Shown one piece after another: positions 10,692-20,391 of a DNA stretch of 64,000 nt. The translations under genes were made by a program, and so were the position numbers. Source of the DNA: an uncultured delta proteobacterium (GTDB lineage Bacteria > Desulfobacterota > Binatia > Binatales > Binataceae); assembly GCA_963794325.1 (NCBI GenBank), contig CAWCDG010000003.1:256001-320000 (forward strand), written 5' to 3'. The stretch's first letter is position 1; every line of letters starts with the position of its first letter. A model generated the notes under the pieces. The model saw only the letters and a program-made list of their open reading frames with translations, was not told where the DNA came from and made no database searches.

Positions 10692-11204
10692 TCAATCGAA
10701 CTGCCATCTAGTCGCGCTGCCCTGAAATTCCCCGGGCGTCGCATCGACGCCGATCACCTTGCGCGGACGCACCGCGAAAATCGGGCCCATATCGAGTACC
10801 GTTTCGGGTTTGAGATCCCACTGGTATTTCGGATTGTACGCTTCGACGAATCGCCGGATCGCCGCCGCATCGGTGACTGGTTCGGCGATTCCTTCCAGCG
10901 AAACCGCTTGAGTTCCATCTTCGGGGCATACGACGCAATTTGGATTTGTCGCGAGATTGCGCACCTTGCGCGACTTCGCGCCGCTGCTGAAGCAGAACGC
11001 GTCGTCGATCCATACACCCCACACCGGCACGCAATGCGGCCGGCCGTCGGGACACGTCGTCGCCACCCAATAATTGCGAGCCTTTTCTAGTCGCTCGACC
11101 GCCCAATCCCACGGCAGCAGCCCTCGACCGCCGCTCGCGTCGAGGATTCCATATCCTGGCATGTAAGGCCGACTTGCTTCTGGCGTCGCGCGCTTGGTTT
11201 CCAT
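10692..11204 (-). CDS. Pyridoxamine 5'-phosphate oxidase-like FMN/F420-binding protein
   Basis: YWVATTCPDGRPHCVPVWGVW and SRKVRNLATNP motifs. Confidence 0.88.
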   Translation of the reverse strand: METKRATPEASRPYMPGYGILDASGGRGLLPWDWAVERLEKARNYWVATTCPDGRPHCVPVWGVWIDDAFCFSSGAKSRKVRNLATNPNCVVCPEDGTQAVSLEGIAEPVTDAAAIRRFVEAYNPKYQWDLKPETVLDMGPIFAVRPRKVIGVDATPGEFQGSATRWQFD

Positions 11205-11283
11205 GCCGCCCACGATCTCACCCGCGGATTATTTCGCGCAACCCGGCAGGCCCAAAAAGCCGAAAACCAAAGAGACAAAATAA

Positions 11284-11358
11284 TTGCGCGAGACGCGAGG
11301 CCGGAGGAGTCGCCGGGACTTACCCGGGATGCTCCGAGCCTGTGCCGCGCTCGCGCAA
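11284..11358. other. Long imperfect intergenic hairpin (terminator or structured RNA)
   Basis: TTGCGCGAG...CTCGCGCAA outer stem with inner CGGAG/CTCCG and CCGGG/CCCGG stems, flanked by A-tracts. Confidence 0.5.
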
Positions 11359-11395
11359 AATCAAAACCGGAAAAACCAAAGCGGACTAACTTTCG

Positions 11396-11710
11396 TCAGT
11401 CACGCCATCTTGCCCAGTCATGATGATGTTCGTGGACCCAGTCCGGATGATGGTCGTACCACCAATCACGATCGCGCCACACATGGCCTTCGTCCCAATC
11501 GCCATCGTGGTCACGCCATTCCGGGTATGCGTTCACCCATTCGGGATGATGATGCCAGACCCAACCCGGATGGTTGTTATGCCACCAGTGCGCATCGTGC
11601 CATTCATGATGGTCATCCCAATCGCCCCAATGGTCTGCATGAGCAACCACCGGCGCAGCCGCAAACAGTGCAGTCAGGGCCGCAGCGGTGAAAAAAGTCC
11701 GAAGTTTCAT
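11396..11710 (-). CDS. Secreted His/Trp/Asp-rich small protein with internal duplication
   Basis: GGAGG RBS; signal peptide ending AHA; mature part has two GDWD..H.W.D..WW...HP.WV..HH..W units. Confidence 0.8.
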   Translation of the reverse strand: MKLRTFFTAAALTALFAAAPVVAHADHWGDWDDHHEWHDAHWWHNNHPGWVWHHHPEWVNAYPEWRDHDGDWDEGHVWRDRDWWYDHHPDWVHEHHHDWARWRD

Positions 11711-11784
11711 TGCCGGATACCTCCTTGGCAAAAGCAAAAGAGACAGATTGATCGGGGAAGATAACCCCACGCGATCAATTACGG

Positions 11785-11800
11785 AGCATCGACAATGCCA
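11785..11800 (-). promoter_or_regulatory. Putative sigma54 (-24/-12) promoter
   Basis: Minus strand TGGCATTGTCGATGCT gives GG-N10-GC, close to TGGCAC-N5-TTGCW, about 75 bp upstream of the His/Trp-rich gene. Confidence 0.55.
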
Positions 11801-11932
11801 GTTTCAGGCGGACCGGAAATCCTGAAAAATCAGTGATCTTCAGAGGGCAGGGGCACCGCGGGTGAGAAGCGGGCCAGGAAAAATCTACACAAGGAACAAG
11901 TGAGGGTAACTCGATGTTGCGTAAAAATTCTT

Positions 11933-12008
11933 TGGTGGGCAGGGAGTGAATCGAACACTCGACACAAGGATTTTCAGTCCTTTGCTCTACCGACTGAGCT
12001 ACCTGCCC
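11933..12008 (-). tRNA. tRNA-Phe(GAA)
   Basis: Reverse complement GGGCAGGTAGCTCAGTCGGTAGAGCAAAGGACTGAAAATCCTTG...CTGCCCACCA; full cloverleaf, CCA encoded. Confidence 0.97.
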
Positions 12009-12083
12009 ACCGTGACGCGACGCGTTCGCGATGAGGCGAACCTTCATTCGTACCGATGATTACCGCGCCGTGCAACGGCTCGC

Positions 12084-13067
12084 TTATCGTTTGAGTTCGG
12101 CCACTCGCGACTCGACGAAATCTATCACCTTGCCCTCCAGGTTCGCGCCGTCGAGCCGGTCGATCTCCTGCACCCCGGTCGGGCTCGTCACGTTCACCTC
12201 GGTCAGATAGTCGCCGATGATATCGAGGCCTACGAAATACAGCCCGTCGCGCTCCAGCCGCGGCTTCAGCATCGCACAGATTTCGCGATCGCGCGCCGTG
12301 ATCGGCGCCTTCACGCAATTGCCGCCGACATGGATATTCCCGCGATGCTCGTCGTCGCGCGGCACTCGCAGCGTGCATCCGAGCGGCTCGCCGTTCAGCA
12401 CTATCAGCCGCTTGTCGCCTTTGCGCGCCTCGGGGAGATAGCGCTGCGCCATGATTAGCCGCGTTTCGAATTGCGTCACGGTCTCGAGAATCGCGCCGAG
12501 GTTGCGATCCTTCGAAGTAGCGAGGAACACACCTTCGCCGCCGTGCCCGTCGAGCGGTTTGACGATCATCTCGCCGCCCTGTTCCTCGAGGAAAGCCTTG
12601 AGCCTTGGAATTTCATAGGTCACCAGCGTCGGCGGGATCGCATCGGGGAAATTCAGCGAGTAGAGCTTTTCGTTAGCCTCGCGCAGCCCGGCTGGATTGT
12701 TGAGCACGAACGTCTGCCGCTCATCGGCCAGGCTCAGCAGCATCGTCGTGTAAAGGTAGGCCGCGTCGGCCGGCGGGTCCTTGCGCATGAAGACCGCATC
12801 GAAGTGCTCGATCGGATACTCGCCGCCGTCGTCGAGAAACTTGTAATGAGGATTCCCGCGCCGCGTCAGCTCGCATTGCCGCACCCGCGCAATCACCTTC
12901 CGGCCGCGGGCGAAGAGGTCCCGCAGCCCGAGGAAATAAATTTCGTGGCCGCGGAACTGCGCCTCGAGCATGAACACGAACGTGGTGTCCTTGTCGACGA
13001 TCACCCGGTCGAGCGGGTCCATGATAAACGCAAACTTGCGCGCGCTCGTCTTATTCCGTTTCGGCAT
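12084..13067 (-). CDS. gshB: Glutathione synthetase
   Basis: FIMDP, KDTT, MRKDPP, NEKL, GDKR, RGNIHVGG and EVNVTSPTG motifs. Confidence 0.96.
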   Translation of the reverse strand: MPKRNKTSARKFAFIMDPLDRVIVDKDTTFVFMLEAQFRGHEIYFLGLRDLFARGRKVIARVRQCELTRRGNPHYKFLDDGGEYPIEHFDAVFMRKDPPADAAYLYTTMLLSLADERQTFVLNNPAGLREANEKLYSLNFPDAIPPTLVTYEIPRLKAFLEEQGGEMIVKPLDGHGGEGVFLATSKDRNLGAILETVTQFETRLIMAQRYLPEARKGDKRLIVLNGEPLGCTLRVPRDDEHRGNIHVGGNCVKAPITARDREICAMLKPRLERDGLYFVGLDIIGDYLTEVNVTSPTGVQEIDRLDGANLEGKVIDFVESRVAELKR

Positions 13068-13794
13068 CTTCTCCTGATCCTTGTCTTAACCCCTGTGCGA
13101 TGCTGACCGCTGCCAGAGCCGCTGTCTCGCTTCTGAGACGATTTGGTCCAAGTCCGGCGGCGACGAAGCCGGCTGTTGCGGCCTTCGCGCGTTCGTTGGC
13201 GTCGAAATCGCCCTCCGGTCCGACCGCTATCAATATCGCACGCGGATGCGCGCGTCGAATCACGCTGCTGAGCGGCTCACTGCCTTGCGCGCAGACTACG
13301 GCTAGCGTTTCCGGTGGCACGCTGCGAATCAAGTCGTCGATGCTGACTGGCGATCGCACTTCCATCGCGGATGTGGACTGGCTTTGCTTGGCGGCGGCGA
13401 GGGCGAGCCGGCGCCATCTTGCGACGCGCTCCGCACCCGGTGTCCGGACCAGGCCGCGTGCGCATATAAGAGGCCAGAGTTCGGACGCGCCTAGCTCGGC
13501 TGCTTTCTCGACTATGAGGTCCATGCGCGGGCCTTTGATGATTGCGGCTGCGAGGATGATTTGAGGTCGAGCGGGGGAGGGCGACGATGACTCGACGCGA
13601 ATCACGGCGCGGTCGCGTTCATAACGATCGATCACGCCGCGATGTTCGACGCCGGCGGGATCGAGTAGCGACACGGGCGCATCGAGCGGCAGGCGCAGGA
13701 CGGTGCGCATGTGATGCAACTCTGCGCCATCGACGTGCGCGAGGCCTGACGCGTCGGGTGCGCGCGCGATCGAAAAACGGCGCGGCGATGCCAT
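13051..13794 (-). CDS. rsmE: 16S rRNA m3U1498 methyltransferase
   Basis: HHMRTVLR, EKAAELG, VGPEGDF and LRSETAA SPOUT motifs; start overlaps the prmA stop. Confidence 0.93.
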   Translation of the reverse strand: MASPRRFSIARAPDASGLAHVDGAELHHMRTVLRLPLDAPVSLLDPAGVEHRGVIDRYERDRAVIRVESSSPSPARPQIILAAAIIKGPRMDLIVEKAAELGASELWPLICARGLVRTPGAERVARWRRLALAAAKQSQSTSAMEVRSPVSIDDLIRSVPPETLAVVCAQGSEPLSSVIRRAHPRAILIAVGPEGDFDANERAKAATAGFVAAGLGPNRLRSETAALAAVSIAQGLRQGSGEDAETE

Positions 13795-14702
13795 CAGCGT
13801 GGCGCCCGCGCTATCACGAGCGTCGTCCATCCGCGATGCGTCTTGCGGCTGAGGCATCGGAGCGGCGACCGGTAATGGGTCAGCACTTCGCCGGCTTCGT
13901 CGGCGAGGAAGCCGCCGAGCACGATGCGTCCGCCGGGCGCGACGATTCGCTTCAGATGCGGCGCGAGCTCAATCAACGTGCCGCTCAGAATATTCGCCAC
14001 GATCAGATCGAAATGGCGATGTATCGAAACGAGCGGCACCGACGAGAATCGGATCGACTTCTCGACGCCGTTGAGGCGCGCATTGGCGCGCGCGTTTTCC
14101 AGCGCCAGCGCATCGATATCAATTGCGATTATTTCGGCGCTTCGATCGCCGAGTAGCGCCGCCGCGATCGCCAGCACTCCCGAGCCGGTGCCCGCATCGA
14201 GGATCGACCGCGGCTTATGCGTGCCGATGATCGACTCGATCGCACGCAGCGCGCCCGCCGTCGTCGGATGGTGTCCGGTGCCGAACGCCCGCGCCGGTTG
14301 GACGACGATAGTCGTGCGGCCCGCCTGATGTTCGCGCTTCCACGGCGGAACGATCAGCATTCGGCGCCCGACACGAAAAGGCCCGAAACGTTTCATCCAG
14401 AGCGTGGACCATCCGGGATCGACGATTTTGCGCGCACCGTCAACGACGGCGCCGTCAGCCAGCATCCCGGCCTGCTCCAACGAAAGTTTGAGACGCGACA
14501 GATCGCTCGCGGAAATCGCATCGAAGTAAGCTTCGAGCGCGACGGTCTTCTGCTCCCGCGCCCGCGGGAGTTTCATCCCGGCGACGGCGCATCCGATAGC
14601 GCCGCCCGCCACGAGGATTCCCGCGGCTTCATCCGCAAGATGCGCGTGCGTGCGGAATATCGCTCGCGTGTAACTACGGCGAGATGCGGTTGCGCGTTGC
14701 AT
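13794..14702 (-). CDS. prmA: Ribosomal protein L11 methyltransferase
   Basis: AFGTGHHPTT, LDAGTGSGVLA and VANIL motifs; start uncertain (14702 or 14726); the longer ORF runs into a REP repeat. Confidence 0.9.
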   Translation of the reverse strand: MQRATASRRSYTRAIFRTHAHLADEAAGILVAGGAIGCAVAGMKLPRAREQKTVALEAYFDAISASDLSRLKLSLEQAGMLADGAVVDGARKIVDPGWSTLWMKRFGPFRVGRRMLIVPPWKREHQAGRTTIVVQPARAFGTGHHPTTAGALRAIESIIGTHKPRSILDAGTGSGVLAIAAALLGDRSAEIIAIDIDALALENARANARLNGVEKSIRFSSVPLVSIHRHFDLIVANILSGTLIELAPHLKRIVAPGGRIVLGGFLADEAGEVLTHYRSPLRCLSRKTHRGWTTLVIARAPR

Positions 14703-14752
14703 AATGGCCGGGCTGGAGTTTGGCATCCGCGCAGATTTCTTTCGAGGGGCTG

Positions 14753-14828
14753 GTGGCACAGGCTTTAGCCTGTGATTTTCTGGTCCATGCAAATCGAGGA
14801 AGGAATTACAGGCTGGAGCCTGTGCCAC
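14753..14828. repeat. REPIN-like doublet, copy 1 (GTGG-type REP palindromes)
   Basis: GTGGCACAGGCTTTAGCCTGTG ... ACAGGCTGGAGCCTGTGCCAC; arms and spacer are homologous to the inverted copy at 53525-53601. Confidence 0.85.
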
Positions 14829-14998
14829 GTGCAGAAAGCTCCGGGATTCTTCGCTGCGCTATGAATGACTCGAAGAGGGCGAATGCACAAAGGTGTTGTG
14901 GATGGGATAAGCGGGGTGGGTTTGCGCCTTTGCGCGATGGGCGCGTAAACTTGGGTCATTATTAGACTTCGATTTTTTCATGCTGGTGGAGGCGGGCT

Positions 14999-15700
14999 GT
15001 GCTGAACATAGCCCATCGCGGGGCGAGCGGCACTTTTCCCGAGAACACCCTGAGCGCATTTCGCGCCGCTATCGACGCGGGTGCGGATATGTGCGAGCTC
15101 GACGTACAGCTCACGCGCGACGGCGCCGTCGTTGTCATTCATGACGAGACCGTCGAGCGCACTACCGACGGCAAGGGCGAAGTCGTGGAGCTGACGCTTG
15201 AAGAGATCAGGCGGCTGGATGCGGGCGCGAAATTTAAGGGCGGGGTGATCAAGAGCGAGCGGATTCCTACGCTCGATGAAGTGTTTGACGTCACCAGCGG
15301 CAGGTGCGGACTGAATATCGAGCTCAAGGCGGGCGGGGTCGAGCATCAGGTTGCGCAGATCATGCAGGCGCGCAATGCGTTCAGCGACAGTGTCGTGTCG
15401 AGCTTCGATTGGGAGTTCCTGAAAAAAATCCAGCAGCTGCATTTTAATGTTCGCGTCGGATTGCTCGCCGAGGAAAAGCCGGTCGACCTGATGATGAACG
15501 CGGTCGCGATGCGTGCGCATTCGATTAACCCGCGTTGGGACATGGTCACCGCCGACCTGTGCAAGGCGGCGCACGAGCGCGGCCTCAAGGTGTACACCTG
15601 GACCGTCGATGCGGACGCGCGGATGCGCGCGCTGATCGAATGCGGCGTTGACGGTATCATGACGAATTATCCCGAGCGCTTGCGGACAGTGAAAAAGTGA
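14999..15700 (+). CDS. Glycerophosphodiester phosphodiesterase
   Basis: IAHRGAS, PENT, ELDV, IHD, NIELK and WTVD motifs. Confidence 0.93.
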   Translation: MLNIAHRGASGTFPENTLSAFRAAIDAGADMCELDVQLTRDGAVVVIHDETVERTTDGKGEVVELTLEEIRRLDAGAKFKGGVIKSERIPTLDEVFDVTSGRCGLNIELKAGGVEHQVAQIMQARNAFSDSVVSSFDWEFLKKIQQLHFNVRVGLLAEEKPVDLMMNAVAMRAHSINPRWDMVTADLCKAAHERGLKVYTWTVDADARMRALIECGVDGIMTNYPERLRTVKK

Positions 15701-15718
15701 TAAAGTGATGGGCGGCTG

Positions 15719-17528
15719 ATGGCGCAGTTCGGCGACAGCAAAGTTGAAGAGGTCCGCGCCCGCGCCGATATCATCGAAATAATCGGCTCACACGTCCGTC
15801 TGCGCCGCGCGGGGCGCAACTTCGTCGGGCCTGTGCCCGTTCCATAACGAGAAGACGCCGTCGTTCTCAGTGAATGCCGAGCGTGGATTCTTCCATTGCT
15901 TCGGATGCGGCGTTGGCGGCAGCGTGTTCGATTTCATCATGCGCGTCGAAGGCCTTACCTTCGGCGAAGCGCTTCGTTCCCTCGCAAAAAAATACGGCGT
16001 GACACTTCCCGAACACGATGTATCGGGACCCGCGGCGGGCGAGCGCGAAGCGATGCTCAAGGCGAGCGAGGTCGCCGCCGAATTTTTCGCGCACGTGCTG
16101 TGGAACACAACCGACGGCGCGATGGCCCGCGATTACCTGAAGTCGCGCGGTATCAGCGTCGAGACGGCCCGCGCGTTCATGTTGGGATACGCGCCGAGCC
16201 GGCCCGCATCGCTGGCGAAGGCGCTCGAGAAGCGCGGCTTGCGCGAGGCAGGGGTCAAGGTCGGGCTGGTCAAGAAAGACGGCGACGCCGCCTACGACAT
16301 GTTTCGCGCGCGCGTGATGTTCCCGATTCGCGACGCGCAAGGCCGCGCGATTGCATTCGGCGGCCGCGTGCTCGACGCGCGCCTGCCCAAATACATCAAC
16401 TCGCCCGAGTCGCCGTTGTACTCGAAAGCGCGGACGCTCTACGGATTGTTCGAAGCACGGCAGGCGATTTCATCGACCGCGACATCGGGGAGAGATCGCG
16501 CAATTCTCGTCGAAGGATACTTCGACGTGATTGCTCTGTGGCAGGCCGGATTTAAAGAAGCGGTCGCGGGATGCGGCACGGCGCTGACCGTCGATCAGCT
16601 TCGGGTGCTTGCTCGCTACACGAAAAATGTGATCGCATGCTTCGACGGCGACGCGGCGGGGCGGAAAGCCTCGATGCGGGCACTGGAGATCTTCCTGCAG
16701 GCGGGGTTGCTCGGGCGGGGAATATTTATTCCGTCGGGTTTCGATCCCGACACCTTCGTCCGCGAGCGCGGCGAATCCGCGTTCGCGGAGCTGACCGAGA
16801 AATCCGAGTTGCTGGTCGATTATTTCATTCGAGATCAGGTCGAGAAGGTCGGGGGTCCAACTGCGCCTCTGGATAAGAGATTTGAAGCGGCGAAGCTGAT
16901 TTCCGAAAAGCTGCGACTCATCAGCGACGAATTTCAGTTCAATATGATCGTTCGAAAGACCGAGGGCTTGTTGGGCGTTGGCGAGGACGTACTGCGCAAA
17001 GAGGCGCGCGGACCGGGACGGTCCGCGACGCCGTCGCGGTTCGCGCGCGATACGCGCGCGAACCCCAATCCGCCGCCCGCCGCGGCGGGCGGCGGCGACG
17101 CCGGCGCGAAGGCCGAGATCGGCCTTGTCGCGCTGGCGCTGCTCCATCCTGAACTGCGCAATGAAATTGCGCAGTCCAATGCGACGGCGAATTTCGAAGA
17201 AATTCGCCTCGGCGGAGTCCTCGCTGATCTCTGCCGCACCGAGGAGCCATATACCGCGCTCGAGCAATGGATTGCCGATCGATTGACCGCAGATGAGCAG
17301 GGCCGGGTCAGCGAGTTTGCAGTCGGGCCGCAGACCGAGGAGGTCGAGGACGAGACTCAGAAATATTCCGGCGACCTCGAGAAATGCCGCTCGCTGATGA
17401 ACGACTATGTCGTTGCGCTCGAGCGGCGTCGTCGCGCGCGCGAAGTCGGGCGACTGCGCGGGAGCGCCGCGGACGCATCGACCGCGCAGGCCGTGATCGC
17501 GTTGCGGCGCGAGAGCCGCGGCGCGTGA
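15719..17528 (+). CDS. dnaG: DNA primase (one extra base at about 15827-15830)
   Basis: ATG 15719 frame reads MAQFGDSKVEEVRARADII...GRNFVG; after skipping one base it continues LCPFHNEKTPSF...FHCFGC (Zn finger), KYINSPE, VEGYFD and CFDGD (TOPRIM). Confidence 0.93.
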
Positions 17529-17711
17529 GGGAATACACATCAAATGTGAAACCCGCGGTGGGTTTCACGCTTCCTTCGGCATGGGTGACCCTTGCACCCA
17601 GTGAGAGGCGCGAAATGTTGAGGCGTTATTTTGCAGCGTAAGTTTCGACATTCAGCCCTTAATGTTGCTGCACGAACTTGCTACCATCATAAGCGCTTGA
17701 TGCTTTTTCGA

Positions 17712-17787
17712 GGGCCCATAGCTCAGCCAGGTTCAGAGCTGCCGGCTCATAACCGGCTGGTCCCAGGTTCAAATCCTGGTGGGCCCA
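17712..17787 (+). tRNA. tRNA with CAT anticodon, most likely tRNA-Ile2
   Basis: GGGCCCA/TGGGCCC acceptor stem, GCCGG-CTCATAA-CCGGC anticodon arm, TTCAAAT T-loop; lacks initiator features; CCA not directly encoded. Confidence 0.9.
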
Positions 17788-17892
17788 TACCATTCGTGCC
17801 CGGTGAACTGAGTGCCGGCGGTTTAGCGATTCTGGAACAAACAGTGGAAAAGAATTTTGCGCGATCGCGCACAACATTAGTGGAGGTACGAC

Positions 17893-18618
17893 TTGCGTGA
17901 AGAGATAACCCGGCTGATGGATCTCCAGATCATCGACCGGCAGCTTCAAGAGTTGGAGCAATCGCTGTCCTCGATTGCTGGGCGTGTTGACCAACTTCGC
18001 GTTGAGAACCAGAACAATCAGACGGAACTCGATCGCCTTACCGATCAAGACAAAACAATAACCTCAACCCGCAAGAAGGCCGAGCGCGAGCTGGCCGAGG
18101 GCGAAGTCAGAATCCGCAACAAGCGGATGCGCTTGACGCTGGTGCGCAACGATAAGGAACTGCAGGCGCTCACGCATGAGATCGAATCGCTGAAAGAAAC
18201 CAATCAGCGGCTCGAGACCGAGTTGCTCATGTCGATGGAAGGCGCGGACGTGCGGACCGCGCGAATCAAGGAGCTGACTGAGGTGATCGCGAAGGGACGC
18301 GTTGATCAGACGGCAGCGGAAAAAGAAATCGCGGCCGAGGTCGAGGAGCTCAAGGGCAATATCGCGAAGCATCGGAAGGCGCGAGAGAAGGTCGCCGAGA
18401 ATATCGACGCCGGCCTGCTGTCGCGCTACCAGATGATTTTCAGCCGCCGTGCTGGCGTCGCGGTTGCGAAGGCGGTGGGCGGAACCTGCCAGGGATGCAG
18501 GATGCGGCTGCCGCCCCAGCTGTACAACGAGATCCAGAAGCATCTGCAAATCCACTTCTGCCCGAACTGCCAGCGCGTGCTGTATTACGAGGAGCCCGCG
18601 GAAAAGGCTGATTCGTAG
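17893..18618 (+). CDS. C4-type zinc-ribbon coiled-coil protein (DUF164/CT398-like)
   Basis: Long coiled coil followed by CQGC...CPNC; GGAGG RBS before the TTG start. Confidence 0.92.
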   Translation: MREEITRLMDLQIIDRQLQELEQSLSSIAGRVDQLRVENQNNQTELDRLTDQDKTITSTRKKAERELAEGEVRIRNKRMRLTLVRNDKELQALTHEIESLKETNQRLETELLMSMEGADVRTARIKELTEVIAKGRVDQTAAEKEIAAEVEELKGNIAKHRKAREKVAENIDAGLLSRYQMIFSRRAGVAVAKAVGGTCQGCRMRLPPQLYNEIQKHLQIHFCPNCQRVLYYEEPAEKADS

Positions 18619-18676
18619 TCAAGGAAGGGGGACCTGACGGAATAAATTCCGCATCTCTGTCGCAGTAGGACGAAAT

Positions 18677-19267
18677 TTATTTCGTCGATTGTTTTTCCTC
18701 GGCAGAGACGGTCCACCGATCGCCCTGCCGAATCAGCGTGAACACTGCCGGCATCGGAATCGATTCCCAGAACGCATAGTCGACATTCGGTATGAAGGCA
18801 TGCAACGCGAGCGCGATCAGATTCCCGTGGCTCGCAACGATCACCGTGCCGGCTTTGTGCCGCGCAGCGACCGTCTCGAGGACCTGCACGACTCTCGACT
18901 GCGCGACGCGACTGCTTTCTCCACCATGCGGTGCATAGTCGAAGTCGTTCCACGAGCACTTGAGATGCTCTCGCCAGTTCGGCAAATCTGCCGGCGAGAG
19001 CAGGCGTTCGCGGAGGTCATCGGCGGTTTCAATGCTGAGGCCGCGTGCGCGCGCGATCGGCTCGATAGTCTGTCGCGCGCGCAGGTAGGGACTCGAATAG
19101 GCAGCATCGATGCGCGTTGAGCCGTGAATCTGGCGCAGCCGCTCCGCATCCCGCATCCCCTTCGCCGTGAGCGGACGATTGAACTCATCGAAGCCCTGCG
19201 TCCCGGGTGCGACCGGCTCGGCGTGGCGCACGAGGAGAACGGTTAATAGGGAATCAGCGCGCGCCAT
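18677..19267 (-). CDS. Histidine phosphatase (phosphoglycerate mutase-like)
   Basis: VRHAE, SSPYLRARQT, GGES and SHG motifs. Confidence 0.9.
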   Translation of the reverse strand: MARADSLLTVLLVRHAEPVAPGTQGFDEFNRPLTAKGMRDAERLRQIHGSTRIDAAYSSPYLRARQTIEPIARARGLSIETADDLRERLLSPADLPNWREHLKCSWNDFDYAPHGGESSRVAQSRVVQVLETVAARHKAGTVIVASHGNLIALALHAFIPNVDYAFWESIPMPAVFTLIRQGDRWTVSAEEKQSTK

Positions 19268-19274
19268 CGACTTT

Positions 19275-20279
19275 TTAACGTGTCAGGACCGCGCGGAAGC
19301 GGACTTTGCCGGTTATCATTCGGTCGTAGGCTTGTTCGGCTTGTTCAATCGGGAACGTCTCGATCATCGCGCGCACTCCCGTCTGCGCGGCAAACTTGAG
19401 CGTATCCTCCGAATCCTTCGAGGTCCCCGCCGGCCATCCCGTGATCGTCCTTTGTCCGCCGATTAACTGGAGCGACGAGACGGAGAAGGGTTCCGCGCTC
19501 GCGCCGACGATCACCAATCTTCCTTTCACACCGAGCCCGTCCACCAGCGGGCCGAACGATTTCGCGTCGGGCGCGGTCGCCAGGATCGCACTTGCGCCTC
19601 CTTCCTTCATCAACTCGGCGGCGACGTCCTGCCTGGCGCTGTCTATATAACGCCGCGCGCCCAATTTCAGCGCGAGCGTCTGCTTGTCCTCGCCGCGTCC
19701 GATCGCGATCGTGTCGAAGCCGAACTTTGACGCCCACTGAATACCCAAATGCCCCAGTCCGCCGATTCCCTGGATCGCAACGACATCGCCGGGCCCCGCG
19801 CCGCTGTGCCGGAGCGCATTGAAGGTCGTGATACCGGCGCACATCAGCGGCGCCGCTTCTTCCGGCCGTAACGAGTCGGGAACATGCGCGAGCGCCTCGA
19901 CCGGTGCGACAACCTGCGCCGCGTAGCCGCCGTCGTAGCTGATTCCGGGAATCTTCAGGAATTTGCAGTTGACAAAATCGCCGCGCCGGCACGGATCGCA
20001 TCGAAAGCAGTTTCCACCGTGCCATCCGACTCCAACCCGGTCGCCCACTTTCCAATCGCCGACATCTTCGCCGAGCGCGTCGATCACCCCGGCAATCTCG
20101 TGTCCGGGCGATCGCGGATAGGTGATTCCCGGCCACGCTCCCTCCTTCGTAAACGAGTCGCTGTGACATACTCCGCACGCTTGAACTTTAATCCGAACCT
20201 GTCCGCGCGCCGGCTCGACGATTTTATCGTCAAATGCTTTGAAGGGACCCTTAGCTTGTTCGACTCGAATGGATTTCAT
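19275..20279 (-). CDS. Zinc-dependent alcohol dehydrogenase
   Basis: CHSD, GHE, structural C-x2-C-x2-C-x7-C and GIGGLG motifs. Confidence 0.95.
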   Translation of the reverse strand: MKSIRVEQAKGPFKAFDDKIVEPARGQVRIKVQACGVCHSDSFTKEGAWPGITYPRSPGHEIAGVIDALGEDVGDWKVGDRVGVGWHGGNCFRCDPCRRGDFVNCKFLKIPGISYDGGYAAQVVAPVEALAHVPDSLRPEEAAPLMCAGITTFNALRHSGAGPGDVVAIQGIGGLGHLGIQWASKFGFDTIAIGRGEDKQTLALKLGARRYIDSARQDVAAELMKEGGASAILATAPDAKSFGPLVDGLGVKGRLVIVGASAEPFSVSSLQLIGGQRTITGWPAGTSKDSEDTLKFAAQTGVRAMIETFPIEQAEQAYDRMITGKVRFRAVLTR

Positions 20280-20391
20280 GATTTATCTCCACACGTTCGA
20301 GTATCGGTCATCATCAGAATTACGCCGGTGTCCGAGTTGTGTCAGCACTGAAGATGGGAGCGGAAATCGAAAAGGTGCTACTCTAACTGCG

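Noticed and set aside
17788-17792. TACCA after tRNA(CAT) as an integration scar
   Set aside because: No duplicated tRNA 3' end was seen downstream, and unencoded CCA is common.
18624-18635. GGAAGGGGGACC as a fifth copy of the hairpin-TTAGGGG element
   Set aside because: A 12-bp match to one flank only, with no stem partner or tail.
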